Shown here: positions 1 to 14,500 of the stretch, one piece after another
Numbering within the stretch: position 1 is the stretch's first letter
Layout: every line of letters starts with the position of its first letter
Source of the DNA: Blastocystis sp. Blastoise
Lineage: Eukaryota > Protista > Bigyra: Opalinata
Reading direction: 5' to 3'
NCBI GenBank assembly: GCA_039096225.1
Contig: JBBPEB010000026.1
Span: 682,001 to 746,000, forward strand
DNA: 64,000 nt
The notes under the pieces: generated by a model
Told to the model about the DNA's origin: nothing
What the model saw: the letters and a program-made list of their open reading frames with translations, nothing else
Database searches by the model: none
Translations under genes and position numbers: made by a program

Positions 1-665
1 ATTGGAATAACCAGAGAATAAATTGAAAAATAAATTAGAATTCTTTTTCTCTTTATTCTATGTTTTTAGATATAGAATTATTGTTTTACAGCATGGATAG
101 TATTAAGCAATATATAGAATCTTCATATGATATGTGATGCTGAGAATAATGATCATTATTTCATCATTCAACACTGCATTTGTTTTATTTGTAACTTCTG
201 ATCAATGGGTTAATATTACAAAAACGTGCTGATTATAAAAACGTATTTTAATAACGATATTGTCTATATATTCTATAGTGTTTCTGTTTTTGTGGTTATT
301 TCTCTATACCATGCATTATACAATATGTGGATAGATATAATAATCCATCTAGGCTCAAAATCAATTCATATTCAGACAATTAGTTGAACTTGATTGTCAA
401 TTAATTGAGTATTTGATAATAGAAATAAGATGTTTTTATCAATAAAGTGTCTTAAGATATTCATTAATGAAAATTTTACTTTAATACTTGATTTATCCAT
501 ACTTTAATGAGAATTCTTTTATTTAAACGGAATGAACAAAGAAATACGTATATGATGAATCATATATGATTCTATAAAAAGTCTAAATGTATAATTTTAT
601 TCATTAGACAAAAACAAAACTCGATTTCTATTATGATTTCACCAATAATTTTTTGTGGCTATGAC

Positions 666-1455
666 TAGAGAATTACAAAAAACCGGATACGGTTAATTAT
701 CTGGTTTAAACCGGATAAAAATTTTATCCGGTTTTTGTTTTTTACAGTCAAAATTTTTAACCGGTTTCAAAACCGGTTAAAATTTTTTTTTCTTTTTTGT
801 GTATTATTGAGCATAATTTTGCTTTATTTCTGTTATTATAAATATATTTGATGCCTATATATATTATTAATAAAAATTAGCAATGATATACGTTGTATAT
901 AATAAAGAAAATGATTCCATTCCTATTTCTTTCATGAAGAAATGTATTGAGTTATTCCTATATGCTCAAATTAATTTACTCTGCCATATTAAATTATTGT
1001 TCTGCTATAAATGTGTATTTGAATGGACTGTTTTCTTGCAAAACTTGTGAGATACTGAATATCTCAGTACGAGTGTTTTTCTATTTCAATGGTTCGTAGT
1101 ATATAATACAAGCCTCTGAATAAAAAATACAATTCAAAATTAATTATCTTGAATTATTAGTAAAATTTTTATTTAATTAGATGCTTATTCTTTATTAGTA
1201 TTCCAATTACATTTTTAAGTTTTATAATTACTTTTAATAGCATAATTCAAAACAATTTTAACCATAATTCTTTTTTTTTATAATGCATATTAGTGCATAT
1301 CTATATAGATATATGTATTATAGTGACTTTTATACATAAATCAAACAACAATAGCATGTATAATTAAGTTTATTTAAGAAAATAAAAAACCGGATAAAAA
1401 TTTTATCCGGTTTAAACCAGATAATTAACCGTATCCGGTTTTTTGTAATTCTCTA
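666..1455. mobile_element. Non-autonomous hAT-type DNA transposon (MITE-like), 790 bp
   Basis: About 71-bp terminal inverted repeats (666-736 / 1385-1455, one mismatch), starting TAGAG and ending CTCTA. Flanked by a perfect 8-bp direct repeat GCTATGAC (658-665, 1456-1463). An 8-bp TSD with TAG..CTA ends fits hAT. No transposase ORF inside. Confidence 0.88.
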
Positions 1456-2068
1456 GCTATGACTTACTTAATTACTGATGGTTAGAAATAAATATTCTAT
1501 CGTATTCTTTAAAGAAATTCTTCATTTCTCCAATATGGGAAACCGAGAATTGGCGAATTTGCTTCCGAGTTTCTGTATCATGCTGATGAATGTAATTTAT
1601 TTCTATTATACTCTAGTAGTTGTATATGTTGATGGAACTCTTTTTGTCATATCTATATCTTTAAATAAAAGTGTGAGTCACGAAATTGCGTTCTTATTCT
1701 TGTAGATTGTAACTTATATATCAAAATAGGATATATATGAGATGTCTAACTTAAAACCAACTTAAATAACCTATTTATGAGTATTGAAGTCAATGATCAC
1801 ACTTTTTGTAACATCTATTTCGTACGTCAATTATCAAGCAAATAAGGTTTCTCTATTATATTGATGTAGTGATCATTCATTTGGTGATGAAAAGAATGTC
1901 TAAAGTTTTTCTATTAGATTTCTTCCTTTTGGTTAGATTTCGTGTATTTTGTATATGAATATATTGAATTGTATATAAGTATATCTTAAAATATTATTTT
2001 ATTCATAAAGTACTCTTTATTTTATTTTTTTATTTCATGATGATTTCTTATTTATCAAAGAATGTATG

Positions 2069-2633
2069 TTTATAGGTCGTTCATATTGTATATATATATA
2101 AATTAATGGTTTATATGCTCTAGAAAAATGATGGATCTATAAAAGAATGAAGGGTGTGAAAAAAGAATGGTTTTGTAATGAATATATATATATGGATAAA
2201 AAACGTCATAAAGATTATTTGTGTTACGTCGTTCTTATGAGGTCAAACTGCATGTATAGTGATGGGAACTATAAAAGTATGATAATTATATAAAAAATGA
2301 TTGGCTTTTTATGGATGACAAATCAGAAGATAAGGCAATAAAAACAAGATTCCCATGGAAAATATTTGTCCTTAAAGAATATGTTCTTTTTAAAAACAAA
2401 TATATATTTATTCGATCAAAGTAGTTGCCTTTAGGCTTTTTATATTCAACACAAAATAAGTAAACGTTATGAACGGTGATTCTATGTCTTCACACGGTTT
2501 GGGAAAGGTTGTTTTATGTGAGTCGATCACAAGACCTTTTGCTTCTGTGACTGGAGAAGTTTGTGAAGATGGTTCTGGTGTATATTATGATGGTGCGAAG
2601 TATACAAGTATTTTTAAATTCTTTTTTTGTTAG
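2069..2633 (+). pseudogene. Possible degenerate coding relic
   Basis: More G-rich, codon-like patches (DNYIKNDWLFMDDKSEDKAIKTRFPW; 54-aa ORF 2469-2633 MNGDSMSSHGLGKVVLCES...) interrupted by stops. No family recognised. Confidence 0.25.
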
Positions 2634-4221
2634 TTCACACATTTAGTATTTTTACTTGGATATCAACAGTCACAACTCAAGCAGATAATTAGCATTTTTT
2701 CATTCTTGTTAATGAAATAATATGTACAATATCATTTGTCTTTCTGTTTTTCTTTTCGATTTTCATTTTTCCAACATTTTATTATGTTTAAGTTTCTTAT
2801 ATTATGTTTATTTTATTTTCGTCATATGTAGTTGCTTTTTTAGAAATTAGATTTGATAAACAAAATTCGACTATAATGGTAAAATAATAAAAGCAAATGT
2901 ATATAGTAGGAGAAAAAGGGGTTGCTGTAGTTACTATATATATAAGGTATTCAAAATAAAATAATATCAGAATATGTGATGTATTTTAAAAAGCTTTTGT
3001 ATAATATAAGCAATAATATAATATATAATTTGTAGATTGCAGTTATTAGTGTAAATGTATTGAATATTCTTTTGACATAATAATAATAATAAAAAAAATA
3101 TGAAATTTCAATCAAAAGAAAAAAAAATAGATAAAGCAAAACACGAGAGTCAATGGATCAAATTGCTATCAAGTTAAAGTAAACTATGGAAGACCTAATA
3201 GATAACAATACTCTCTAAAAAAGAAATATATATATATATATATATATATTAGATAAAGAAAATAAATAGAAAGAATAAATATGAATATAAAGAGTAAAAC
3301 AATAGAATATATATATATACATATATTTATTGGAGTTCAAGAGATAAAAGTAAAAAATTATTCTTTAAAAGAATAATTACAGTTATTTCAAAGGTATAGA
3401 AGATACAGAACAGTTTATAGCATAATATATAGTTATATAAATATATAATTATATGAAGACTATAAACGTTCGTATTAATGGATAACAGGATAAATGTATA
3501 TAGAAATAAGTAATAATACAATAAATATATACATATGAATACAAATAGAGGAAATAAAATAGAATTATAACCTAGTAGTAAAGGGAATAAGAAGGAGACA
3601 AATAAAACAAATAGGATAATAGTGGAGTATTTACGATATATAAACGTAATAAAGAGAAAAAGAATTAAGGAGAAAACTAATATTAAGAAAAAAGAAGATT
3701 AACAATTTGTTTTTGATATAAAGGAGATAATGCAAAAGGAAAATAGAACAATTTATAGAGTTGAAAAAGAAAAAATACATGCAATATATATATATATATA
3801 TATATATAATGAGCAAACAAGCATATAGAAAAAATGATTAGTTTGATGAATGAAAAGAAATAATAAGAGAAAAAAAATGTTGAAAATATTAATAAAAAAT
3901 TTAAATAAAAATAAATTTAGAATAAGAATATTAATTACATAATGACACTAAAGTTGCATGATATATATATTTAAAAATAAAATAAAGAAATAAATATGAA
4001 TGACTATAAATAACAGTATACATACATATATAAGGAATACAAACTTTTTTTATTATTTAATAAAAATAGAAATCATTTATATTACAAAAAATAAAATAGA
4101 TTAATAATATATATATAGAGGAGTATGATAATAAATATAATATATAAAGTAGGAAAACAGATACGCCAAAAGTGGTAGAAATAAGAGAAGAAGAAATGAA
4201 AAATGTAGAGTATACTGTAAA

Positions 4222-4392
4222 AAAAAATATTAATAAAAATATTAATAAAAATATTAATAAAAATATTAAAAATATTAATAAAAATATTAATAAAAATATT
4301 AATAAAAATATTAAAAATATTAATAAAAATATTAATAAAAATATTAATAAAAATATTAATAAAAATATTAATAAAAATATTAATAAAATTAA
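4222..4392. repeat. 12-bp tandem minisatellite (AATAAAAATATT)n with two 9-bp variant units
   Basis: Directly visible. Generates the spurious ORFs 4082-4396 and 4172-4411. Confidence 0.9.
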
Positions 4393-4415
4393 TCATACAA
4401 AATATTCATAGTCGT

Positions 4416-5042
4416 TTAAAAAGTATCAATAAAACAGCTAGGGACAGTACCAGAATAACGTTCACTTAATGTTCCTGTAGGAACCATAATAAGTTGATTA
4501 TATCGTTCATCATTCATTAACGACGAAGAACAAGGTCGTAGTTGTACATCAATTCCATTAGCAGAAATTCCACGATTATTAGGATTCAATAATTCAGAGG
4601 TTACGTCATAATAACCAGAAGCTTCTATAGGGAAAGTAGCGGGGATTTCACTAATAGTTGCTACAGGCATAAAAGTGCTTTCAAACTCATTATTTGGAGA
4701 TTCACTATTACTATTAATTTCAGCGATTGTTTCATTTGGACTGCTAATGATATTAAAATCATTTTGATTATAGTCTACTACAGGCGGACAAGCAACACTA
4801 AATGTTGTCTCTGCATCAGGCAACATGATTGGCTTCATTGTAGTTGACTTGGACGATGGAGAAGATACAAATTTTGGCGACATTGGCTTAGAATCAGGAG
4901 ATTTATGACTTGTAATATAGTGCTGTTGTCGTCGGGATCTACACGTGTGACAGGTTCGATAATATGTATTCTTATTCTTACGAATAAAGAATTCAACAGG
5001 GCGCTTACAATGACAAGAAGAACAAGTTAATAAATTAGACAT
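4416..5042 (-). CDS. Intronless protein with N-terminal C4 zinc finger and S/P/T-rich tail
   Basis: ATG at 5042. CSSCHCKRPVEFF...YRTCHTCRSRR (CxxC-x20-CxxC followed by basic residues). Coding-like composition over about 208 codons. Confidence 0.75.
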   Translation of the reverse strand: MSNLLTCSSCHCKRPVEFFIRKNKNTYYRTCHTCRSRRQQHYITSHKSPDSKPMSPKFVSSPSSKSTTMKPIMLPDAETTFSVACPPVVDYNQNDFNIISSPNETIAEINSNSESPNNEFESTFMPVATISEIPATFPIEASGYYDVTSELLNPNNRGISANGIDVQLRPCSSSLMNDERYNQLIMVPTGTLSERYSGTVPSCFIDTF

Positions 5043-6302
5043 CGGTAACAAAAATAAAACTCTTTTATAGTATAAAACTAATTATTTATTATTCCAATGT
5101 CACTTTCTTTTGTGTAAGTTTTCTTAAAGGGGTTCCAGTCTCATTAGTTTCTTGATTATTTTCTAAAAATCCTCTGTATAAAAATAATAATCAAAATTTA
5201 CAAGTTTTATTTTTTTAAGTATGACTTTTATCTCAATACACCGCGTCGATGATTGTATTGGGCGAATAACTTTTGGCTTTTTGAGTTTCGCCTGATTAGG
5301 GAATAAGATTATGTCGAATTACTAAAACCGAATTTTATTTGAGAACAACTCTGACGCTTTTTTTCTCTATCCAATGGACATAGATGATGACGAAAAATCA
5401 CATTTGAGCAAATGAATTCTTCGATTCTCACCTAGATATTTCTGCGAATAATCAAGGATATTCCGTTTTTTAAATAGATAAATACTAAACAAAAAACAAG
5501 AATGAATCTTAAAAAAATAAGGACTTTTTTATTCTTATGTCATTTTGGAATAGAGTATATATTATAAATATGGTTTATTTATAGTTAAAAGTGTCTATTC
5601 ATGGAATTACTTTCTATATAAAGTATCTATTAATTAGCAAATTGATATTTTCGGCGTAATTTCAACTATTTGAAATAAATCAAAAAGAAAAATCAATACA
5701 ACGACTACTGTACTTCAAGTGAAGAAAAACAGCCGCTTGAGAGGTTTATTCTATTGAAAAAACTTTTTTTGTAACAGCATCTTCATGATATTTTTAGTAT
5801 TTTCTCTAGATTCAGAATGAATGGCTTTAAAGTACATGATCAGACTACTAATAATCATTGAATCTTATTCAATCAATTGAGTTGTCTCTCTGTTATTCAA
5901 AGTATCAGAGCTTAAATGAATAGATTGAGTGAATAACGAATAAAACAATATATCAATGAAATAATATATGAAACTAATACCCTGTTGATAATTAGTTTCA
6001 TTTTTTTTGTGTTTTTCTGACGCAAACAACACATAAGACATATCCATAATTATCCTTGATCAGTCCACTACATAATAATTGAATGTCGTATAAGGGTGGT
6101 CAAGAAAGTATGCTGTTAAACAATAAATTGCAGAAAAATGAAATATTCATTTCATAATAGTATGTATTATGATATTGATAACCAACAACTTTTCCTTAAT
6201 AATTTAAGAACAGCCTGTTTAAATTAAAACACTTTAATCAATTTTTAATTCTCTTCATGTAACCATGATTTATAATTATAGACAAAGAGAAACAAACATA
6301 TA

Positions 6303-6384
6303 GACAACGTGGCCGAGTGGTTAAGGCGTTGGCCTGCTAAGTCAATACCCTTTGGGTGCGCGAGTTCGAATCTCGTCGTTGTCG
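6303..6384 (+). tRNA. tRNA-Ser(GCT)
   Basis: Acceptor GACAACG/CGTTGTC, anticodon arm TTGGC-CT-GCT-AA-GTCAA, long variable arm, TTCGAAT T-loop, followed by T-runs. Confidence 0.96.
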
Positions 6385-6552
6385 AATTTTTATTCTTTTA
6401 AAAATGATTTTTCATTGAATTTTTATTAATATAAATTTCAAGTTTAGAGATGTTATTTAGTTTGTTGCTATTTTAATATGGTTAAATCAAATATGTTAGG
6501 CAAAAGTAATAAATGCATGAAAAACTTTATAATAAAAAACGTTAAAAATAAG

Positions 6553-6624
6553 TGAGGGTGACGTGATTCGAACACGCAACCGCTAGATCTGGAATCTAGC
6601 GCGCTACCGTTGCGCCACACCCCC
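6553..6624 (-). tRNA. tRNA-Trp(CCA)
   Basis: Acceptor GGGGGTG/CACCCTC, anticodon arm CTAGA-TT-CCA-GA-TCTAG, TTCGAAT T-loop. Confidence 0.96.
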
Positions 6625-7152
6625 ATAATGTCATTGGAATTCAACTCTATGTATACGAATATAATTTTTAGTAAATAGTGTTTTCAATAGGAAAATACAA
6701 TAAATGAATATTTTGGTTCATGTTTGGTGTCTCTTATTAGAAGTAAAATTGTAATCGATAATGTTGTCTATATTTATATTATGTGGGTAATAGCTTGTTA
6801 ACAGTAGTTACGTCAATATTATTACTACAAGTTAGTTGTTACGATCAACTTGAATGGGAGATTAATAAAAAATAGAACGTTCACAAAAAAAAATATGTTC
6901 TTAGAATATGATGTAAGATGTGTTCATTTCTTAGTAAGATTAATAGAATTCAGACAAAAAAAGCAGGATGATAGTCCAGTAGAATTTGATTCTATTGAGG
7001 TTATTGTCGATTCTTTTGTATGATTTTCATAAAAAAATTTTAAAAACACTATACTACTGTACAGATTTCTCTGTATTTTTTAGCAATGCTGAGAAAACGT
7101 AATATGACGATATTTCTTTATTTCCATTTTATTTATAGAATATATATAAGCA

Positions 7153-9220
<2,068 letters not shown>

Positions 9221-11531
9221 ATAGAAAGAATTATATACTTATAATTTATCTCAATTACAGTAATATATATATATATATATTATATCTTTTTTTTTTGGGT
9301 GTGATTTCTATTTTTTTTTTCTTCTTAATTATTATTATTTTCTCAAATATTACTTTTTTATGTCAACAATATTTATATTCAAATTTTCATTCTTATTGTT
9401 ATATATCAAATTAAGTTTTGAAAATTATAATTATTGAGTGTATTCATAGAATCTAAATAGTTTCTATTTTCATTATATATATAGTTTTATTTTTAAACCT
9501 ATATTTAATCATATGTATAAATGTGTTCAGTTGTCACTTTTGACTTATGAATATAAAAATAAGTGCACTTTTTCAATTTCTATTTCTGTTTTTCATTGAA
9601 AAAATGAATAGATAAACTATGGCGTACATTACATTTGAATCAAATTCATGAATATACTCTTTAATAGTCTTTTTGATTCAATGTGTTATTAATCTTGTTT
9701 TAAGATAATAATTTTCTTCTTATAATAAATTTGGAATATAGATATATGACTAATTAATGAAATTCATAGGAACAACTATAATTTGTCGAAATTCATGTGA
9801 AACAGAATGACTATGATATCTTCTTATGAGTTGAACAAAGATGTATATACTGACCCTCACATTCTTGATACTACGAGAACATAAAAAACAGAACTGTCAA
9901 AATTTGATGAATGTGACAAAGTGTAATCAACATTAGTATTTTAGAATCAGTATTTTTGTCTACATATGATCTATATATAAATAAATTTAAATAAATAGTC
10001 GATAGTGACAGTACCTTTGCTGTTTTATTTTTAAACACAAAATAACAAAATTAAAAAAAATATGTTTGTTTTCATAATGTGTTTTTTGATTTTTTTTTTG
10101 ACTTTTTATGATTTTAGAAATTGAATTTGAGAATGACAAAATATTCATTTGTACAGCTGATACATATAGATAGAGGTATACATTCTTCTGAATGAAAGTA
10201 ACTTAAAATGTCCTTGTGTAATTCTTCATTTTCAAATGAATGCATCATTCTTATCTTTAATTAGAAATATCATTGTAAAACAATATTTTTATTGAAAAAT
10301 ATTACTTATTATAAGTTCTTTAAGAAACTTTGGTGTAGAATGAACTTGCTACTATGCTATTTTTTTATATCACTTTGTCATTCAGGTAACTGCACTAATG
10401 GATGCTTGCTCATATAAAAGAAGATTGAATATATTATACACTTTACGAATATGTGGATAAATTTACTGTAATTATTGTAGTTTTACTATTCTTGAATACT
10501 AATAATATAATAAAGCATTTAATCTCTTCTAATTATTCGTTATGTACTTCTTTTCATAAAAAACCACATTACTTTATGATAAACTAGCTAGTATTAGTGT
10601 TTATCTTCTTATTAATTTACGTAGGTATAATAGAATTTGCATAACACTATAAGCAAAATATTTATAACTTAAAAATCTTCAAAGAATTAGATTTGGAAAA
10701 AGAACTACACAGCCAAAAAACATAAACAAAAGTAAACCGAATTCATTTTAATAGCCATTGATGCTTTGTCGGCTTGTTGCGGTATTATGTGCAAAAAACA
10801 ACAGTAACCTTCCTAAAAGATATGAAGAGAGTCTAGAATAATCTAAGCACATGTTAAAGAAAACAATTTTGGGTTCATTTCTAAATTAATTTTCTATTAG
10901 CTTGTTTTTTGTTTATTTGGTATGTAAAAACCAATCAATTATTTGTGTCATCATTAAGAAAACACACATAAAATAAAATGAAAAGCCAACGAACTGTGCG
11001 TAAAACAAACACAAAACACTTCCTTATAAACGCTATATGTAACCAAAGAAACAATGAGTTTGTTGTTTATATTAAACAAGACTGCTTTGAAATTGTGTAG
11101 TTCTCTCATATAAAATGTTAAATGAAACAATATACCATCATCTCTTTTTCTCTAATTATGTCATGATCACAGATATATATTTATTAAAAGTCTCTATTCA
11201 CTATTTAAAAATAAAATATTTTTTTTAAATAATATGTTATTTGATTTATATATAAATACATGAATAAAAAATACAAGTATTAAAAGAAAAGAAACATAAC
11301 AAATAAAACACAAATATGTATTTTCTGTTGTGTTTACCGGGTCAACTCGAGTTTTGAGGAAAAAGAGTTGTGAATAATTTTCAAAAGATATCACAGATCA
11401 CATCTGTGTTTTTTTTAACAAGATTTATGGCAGTCAGTATCTTTTTGGCTGGATAAATAAAGTTTAAACACAAAAACAAATATGAAAATTTATATACAAA
11501 AATAAGTATAATTTATTTTAAATAAATAAAA

Positions 11532-14500
11532 ATGAATTTTTTGCTTCTAACTTTTATTATTGCTTTAGGTATATTTTTGTAGAATATTCGTCATAATCAT
11601 GTTGATTTAGTTTTGTCGGAAGAATGCACTTCCAGCCAACTTAGTGTAACATTAAGAAGAACTTATATGAGTGATGCTACTCAAGAGGGTATTCAGATTT
11701 GGCAAGGGAATTATCAGACAGGTAGAAAAATAGGTGAATGGGATGGTAATGGAAAAGATAATACAGTTCAAACTTATTCTCTTTGCTTGACTTCTACTTT
11801 ACATACTGTTGTTGCTATTGATGGGTATATACATATATATTTGAAATATTATTAATCTATTCATTATTAATAAAAAAAAAATGATTATAAATAAAAAATA
11901 TATATATATATATATATAATAAAAATAATAATATTTTTTTTATTATAGTGCTAAGAATGGTTGGACTGATGGTTCTATTTTTGAGATTGTTACTAGATCT
12001 GGTATTGTTATTCTTAAGGGTACTCTTGATAATTATCAAATGAAACAATTTACTTTTTATCGTATATATAAATATATTTTTTATATATTCATTATATTTT
12101 AAATAATTTTTTGAAACTATTCTTTATTTAAAAACCCAAATATTATATATTCTCTATTACCTATCCAATTAATCTAATAAAAAAATATATATAATTTTAG
12201 CTGCTTTTACTATAAAATCAACTGATTCTTGGAAATATTCAACTACTTCTCAAAGTGATAATCAATGGACTGCTTCTGGTTATTCTGATTCTACTTGGAC
12301 TTCTTATGCTCCTGGTTCTTTTCCTGCTGTAGCTTCTATTACTAGATATTTCCGTGCTACTGCTACTGTACCTACTGATAAAACTAGTTTTGCTGTTATT
12401 GATGCTGGTGTTTTCACTAAAGATGGTGTTGCTATATATATTAATGGTCAAGAAGTATATCGTCGTAATCTTGCTACTAGTGCTACTGGTAGTACTCCTG
12501 CTACTTCAATTGATGCTAATGCTGGTTATAGACGTATAACTATTCCAGTTTCTTCTTCTTTTATCACTGGTTCTACTATTACTATGGCTGTTGAATTACA
12601 TGCTCAATCTGCTGCTACTGCTACTGAAGATTTTGTTGGTGTTTTAATTTTTGTTTATGGTCCTTCTGTTTCTCGTAATATCGATTTTACTGCTAATGCT
12701 GAAAGAGCTGCTGATTATAGTCCTGAACCTGTTTCTCAAGCTTTTGATGGTGATATTCAAACTAAATGGTATGCTTCTTCTCTTCCTATTTGGGGTGAAA
12801 TGCAATTTAATAATGGTAGAAAAGAATGGATTAATAGATATACTATTACTGTAGGTAATTATGATGTTAATCGTAGACCTACTTCTTGGAAAATATTTGG
12901 TTCTAATGATGGTTCTACTTATACTCTTCTTGATTCTAGATCTAATCCTGTTTGGGATGGTTATAGAACTAGTAATACTTTTGAATTAAATACAAATAGT
13001 ATTTCTTATAATATATATAGAATTCAAATTCTTACTACTGCTGGTAATTCTGAAATGGAATTAGGTGATGTTGAATTCTTTGCTACTACTAGTGCTATTG
13101 AAACTCCTTCTCTTTCTTATGGTACTACAAGTGTTGCTCTAATTGCTAATATGGATGAAAAGATCTTACAACCTACTCAAAATGGTTTCCAATCTTTTAC
13201 TATTACTCCTTCTCCTGCTACTGATTCTGGTATTACTTTTGATACTACTTCTGGTTCTTTAAAAATTGTTCCTACTTCTATGATTACTCTTACTCAATAT
13301 CAAATATCTGCTCAACATACTTCTAATTCTCAAACTTATACTACTACTATTAGTATCTCTGCTACTGAATGTACTTCACCTTCTATTCGTTTTAATGTTA
13401 TTCAATATGTTTCTAATTCTGGTACTTCTGGTGAACCTGAAACTGTTACTATTTATAATTCTGGTAATACTCAAATATTTACTTATTCTATTACTCCTTC
13501 TGATTCTGAAAGTATAACTAAAACTCATAAATTCTGTCAAGCTGTTGGTACTTATACTATTACTTTATCTTCTACTTCTTCTGATGGTTTCTCTATTTCT
13601 TCTTATACTTCTGTTGTCTTATATAGAACTGATGGTACTTCTTTTACTGCTTCTAGAACTAATAATATTGCTAAGACTTCTACTTCTTTTAAGATTAGTC
13701 TTCAATATAATACTCCTTCTTCTATTAAAGTATTAGCTAATTCAGCTACTATTCCTACTGGATGGTATACTTCTTCATTCTCTGATTCTACATGGACTAC
13801 TTATACTAGATCTTCTTCTCTTACTTCTTCTACTATATTTGCTTTATATAGAGCTTCTTTTACTGTTTCTTCTACTACTGATATTCAAGGTTGGGAAATT
13901 AATTATAGAACTAATGCTGGTACTATTGTATATTTAGATGGTACAGAAATTGCTAGATTCTATATTCCTACTACTGGTGAAATTAGTTCTTCTACTACTG
14001 CTACTGGTGGTTCTGCTTCTTATTCTTGGAGAACTATTACTGGTTCTATGTCTCAATTAGCTGTTGGTACTCATATTTTTGCTATTGGTACTGTTGCTTC
14101 TTCATCTTCTTATGCTACTGATGTTCTTGATTTTGATATAATGTTACGTTTCATGGCTGATTCTAATACTAATTCTAGAACATGGAATATGGGTAGTGAT
14201 CAATCTTCTTATGTTTGGAGTGATTGTAAAGCTGATAAATTATTTGATTCTAATTATAATACTCGTTTTGCTACTTATTTTACTTCTTCTTATCCTGCTC
14301 CTCAATGGGGTGCTGGTAATATTAATGGATGGTCTTTTGAAACATTTAATATGTATTGTATTGTAAGTGGTTGGGATGCTCCTCAACATGATCCTAAATC
14401 AATTACTCTTTCTGCTTCTACTATTGGTTGGGATGAAAGTACTTTTGAAGTTCTTGATACTCAAGAAGGTATTGTATTTGATGGAAGATCTCAACGTCTT

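Noticed and set aside
930-1050. Transposase remnant inside the MITE
   Set aside because: Only a vague ..LLCHIK similarity in a short frame, with no supportable motif.
4082-4411. ORFs with INIF/NINK repeats
   Set aside because: Translations of a 12-bp AT-only minisatellite; also not CRISPR-like, since there are no spacers.
10950-11480. AAACAC/GTGTTT words upstream of genes as a promoter element
   Set aside because: Recurrent, but too low in complexity to support without statistics.
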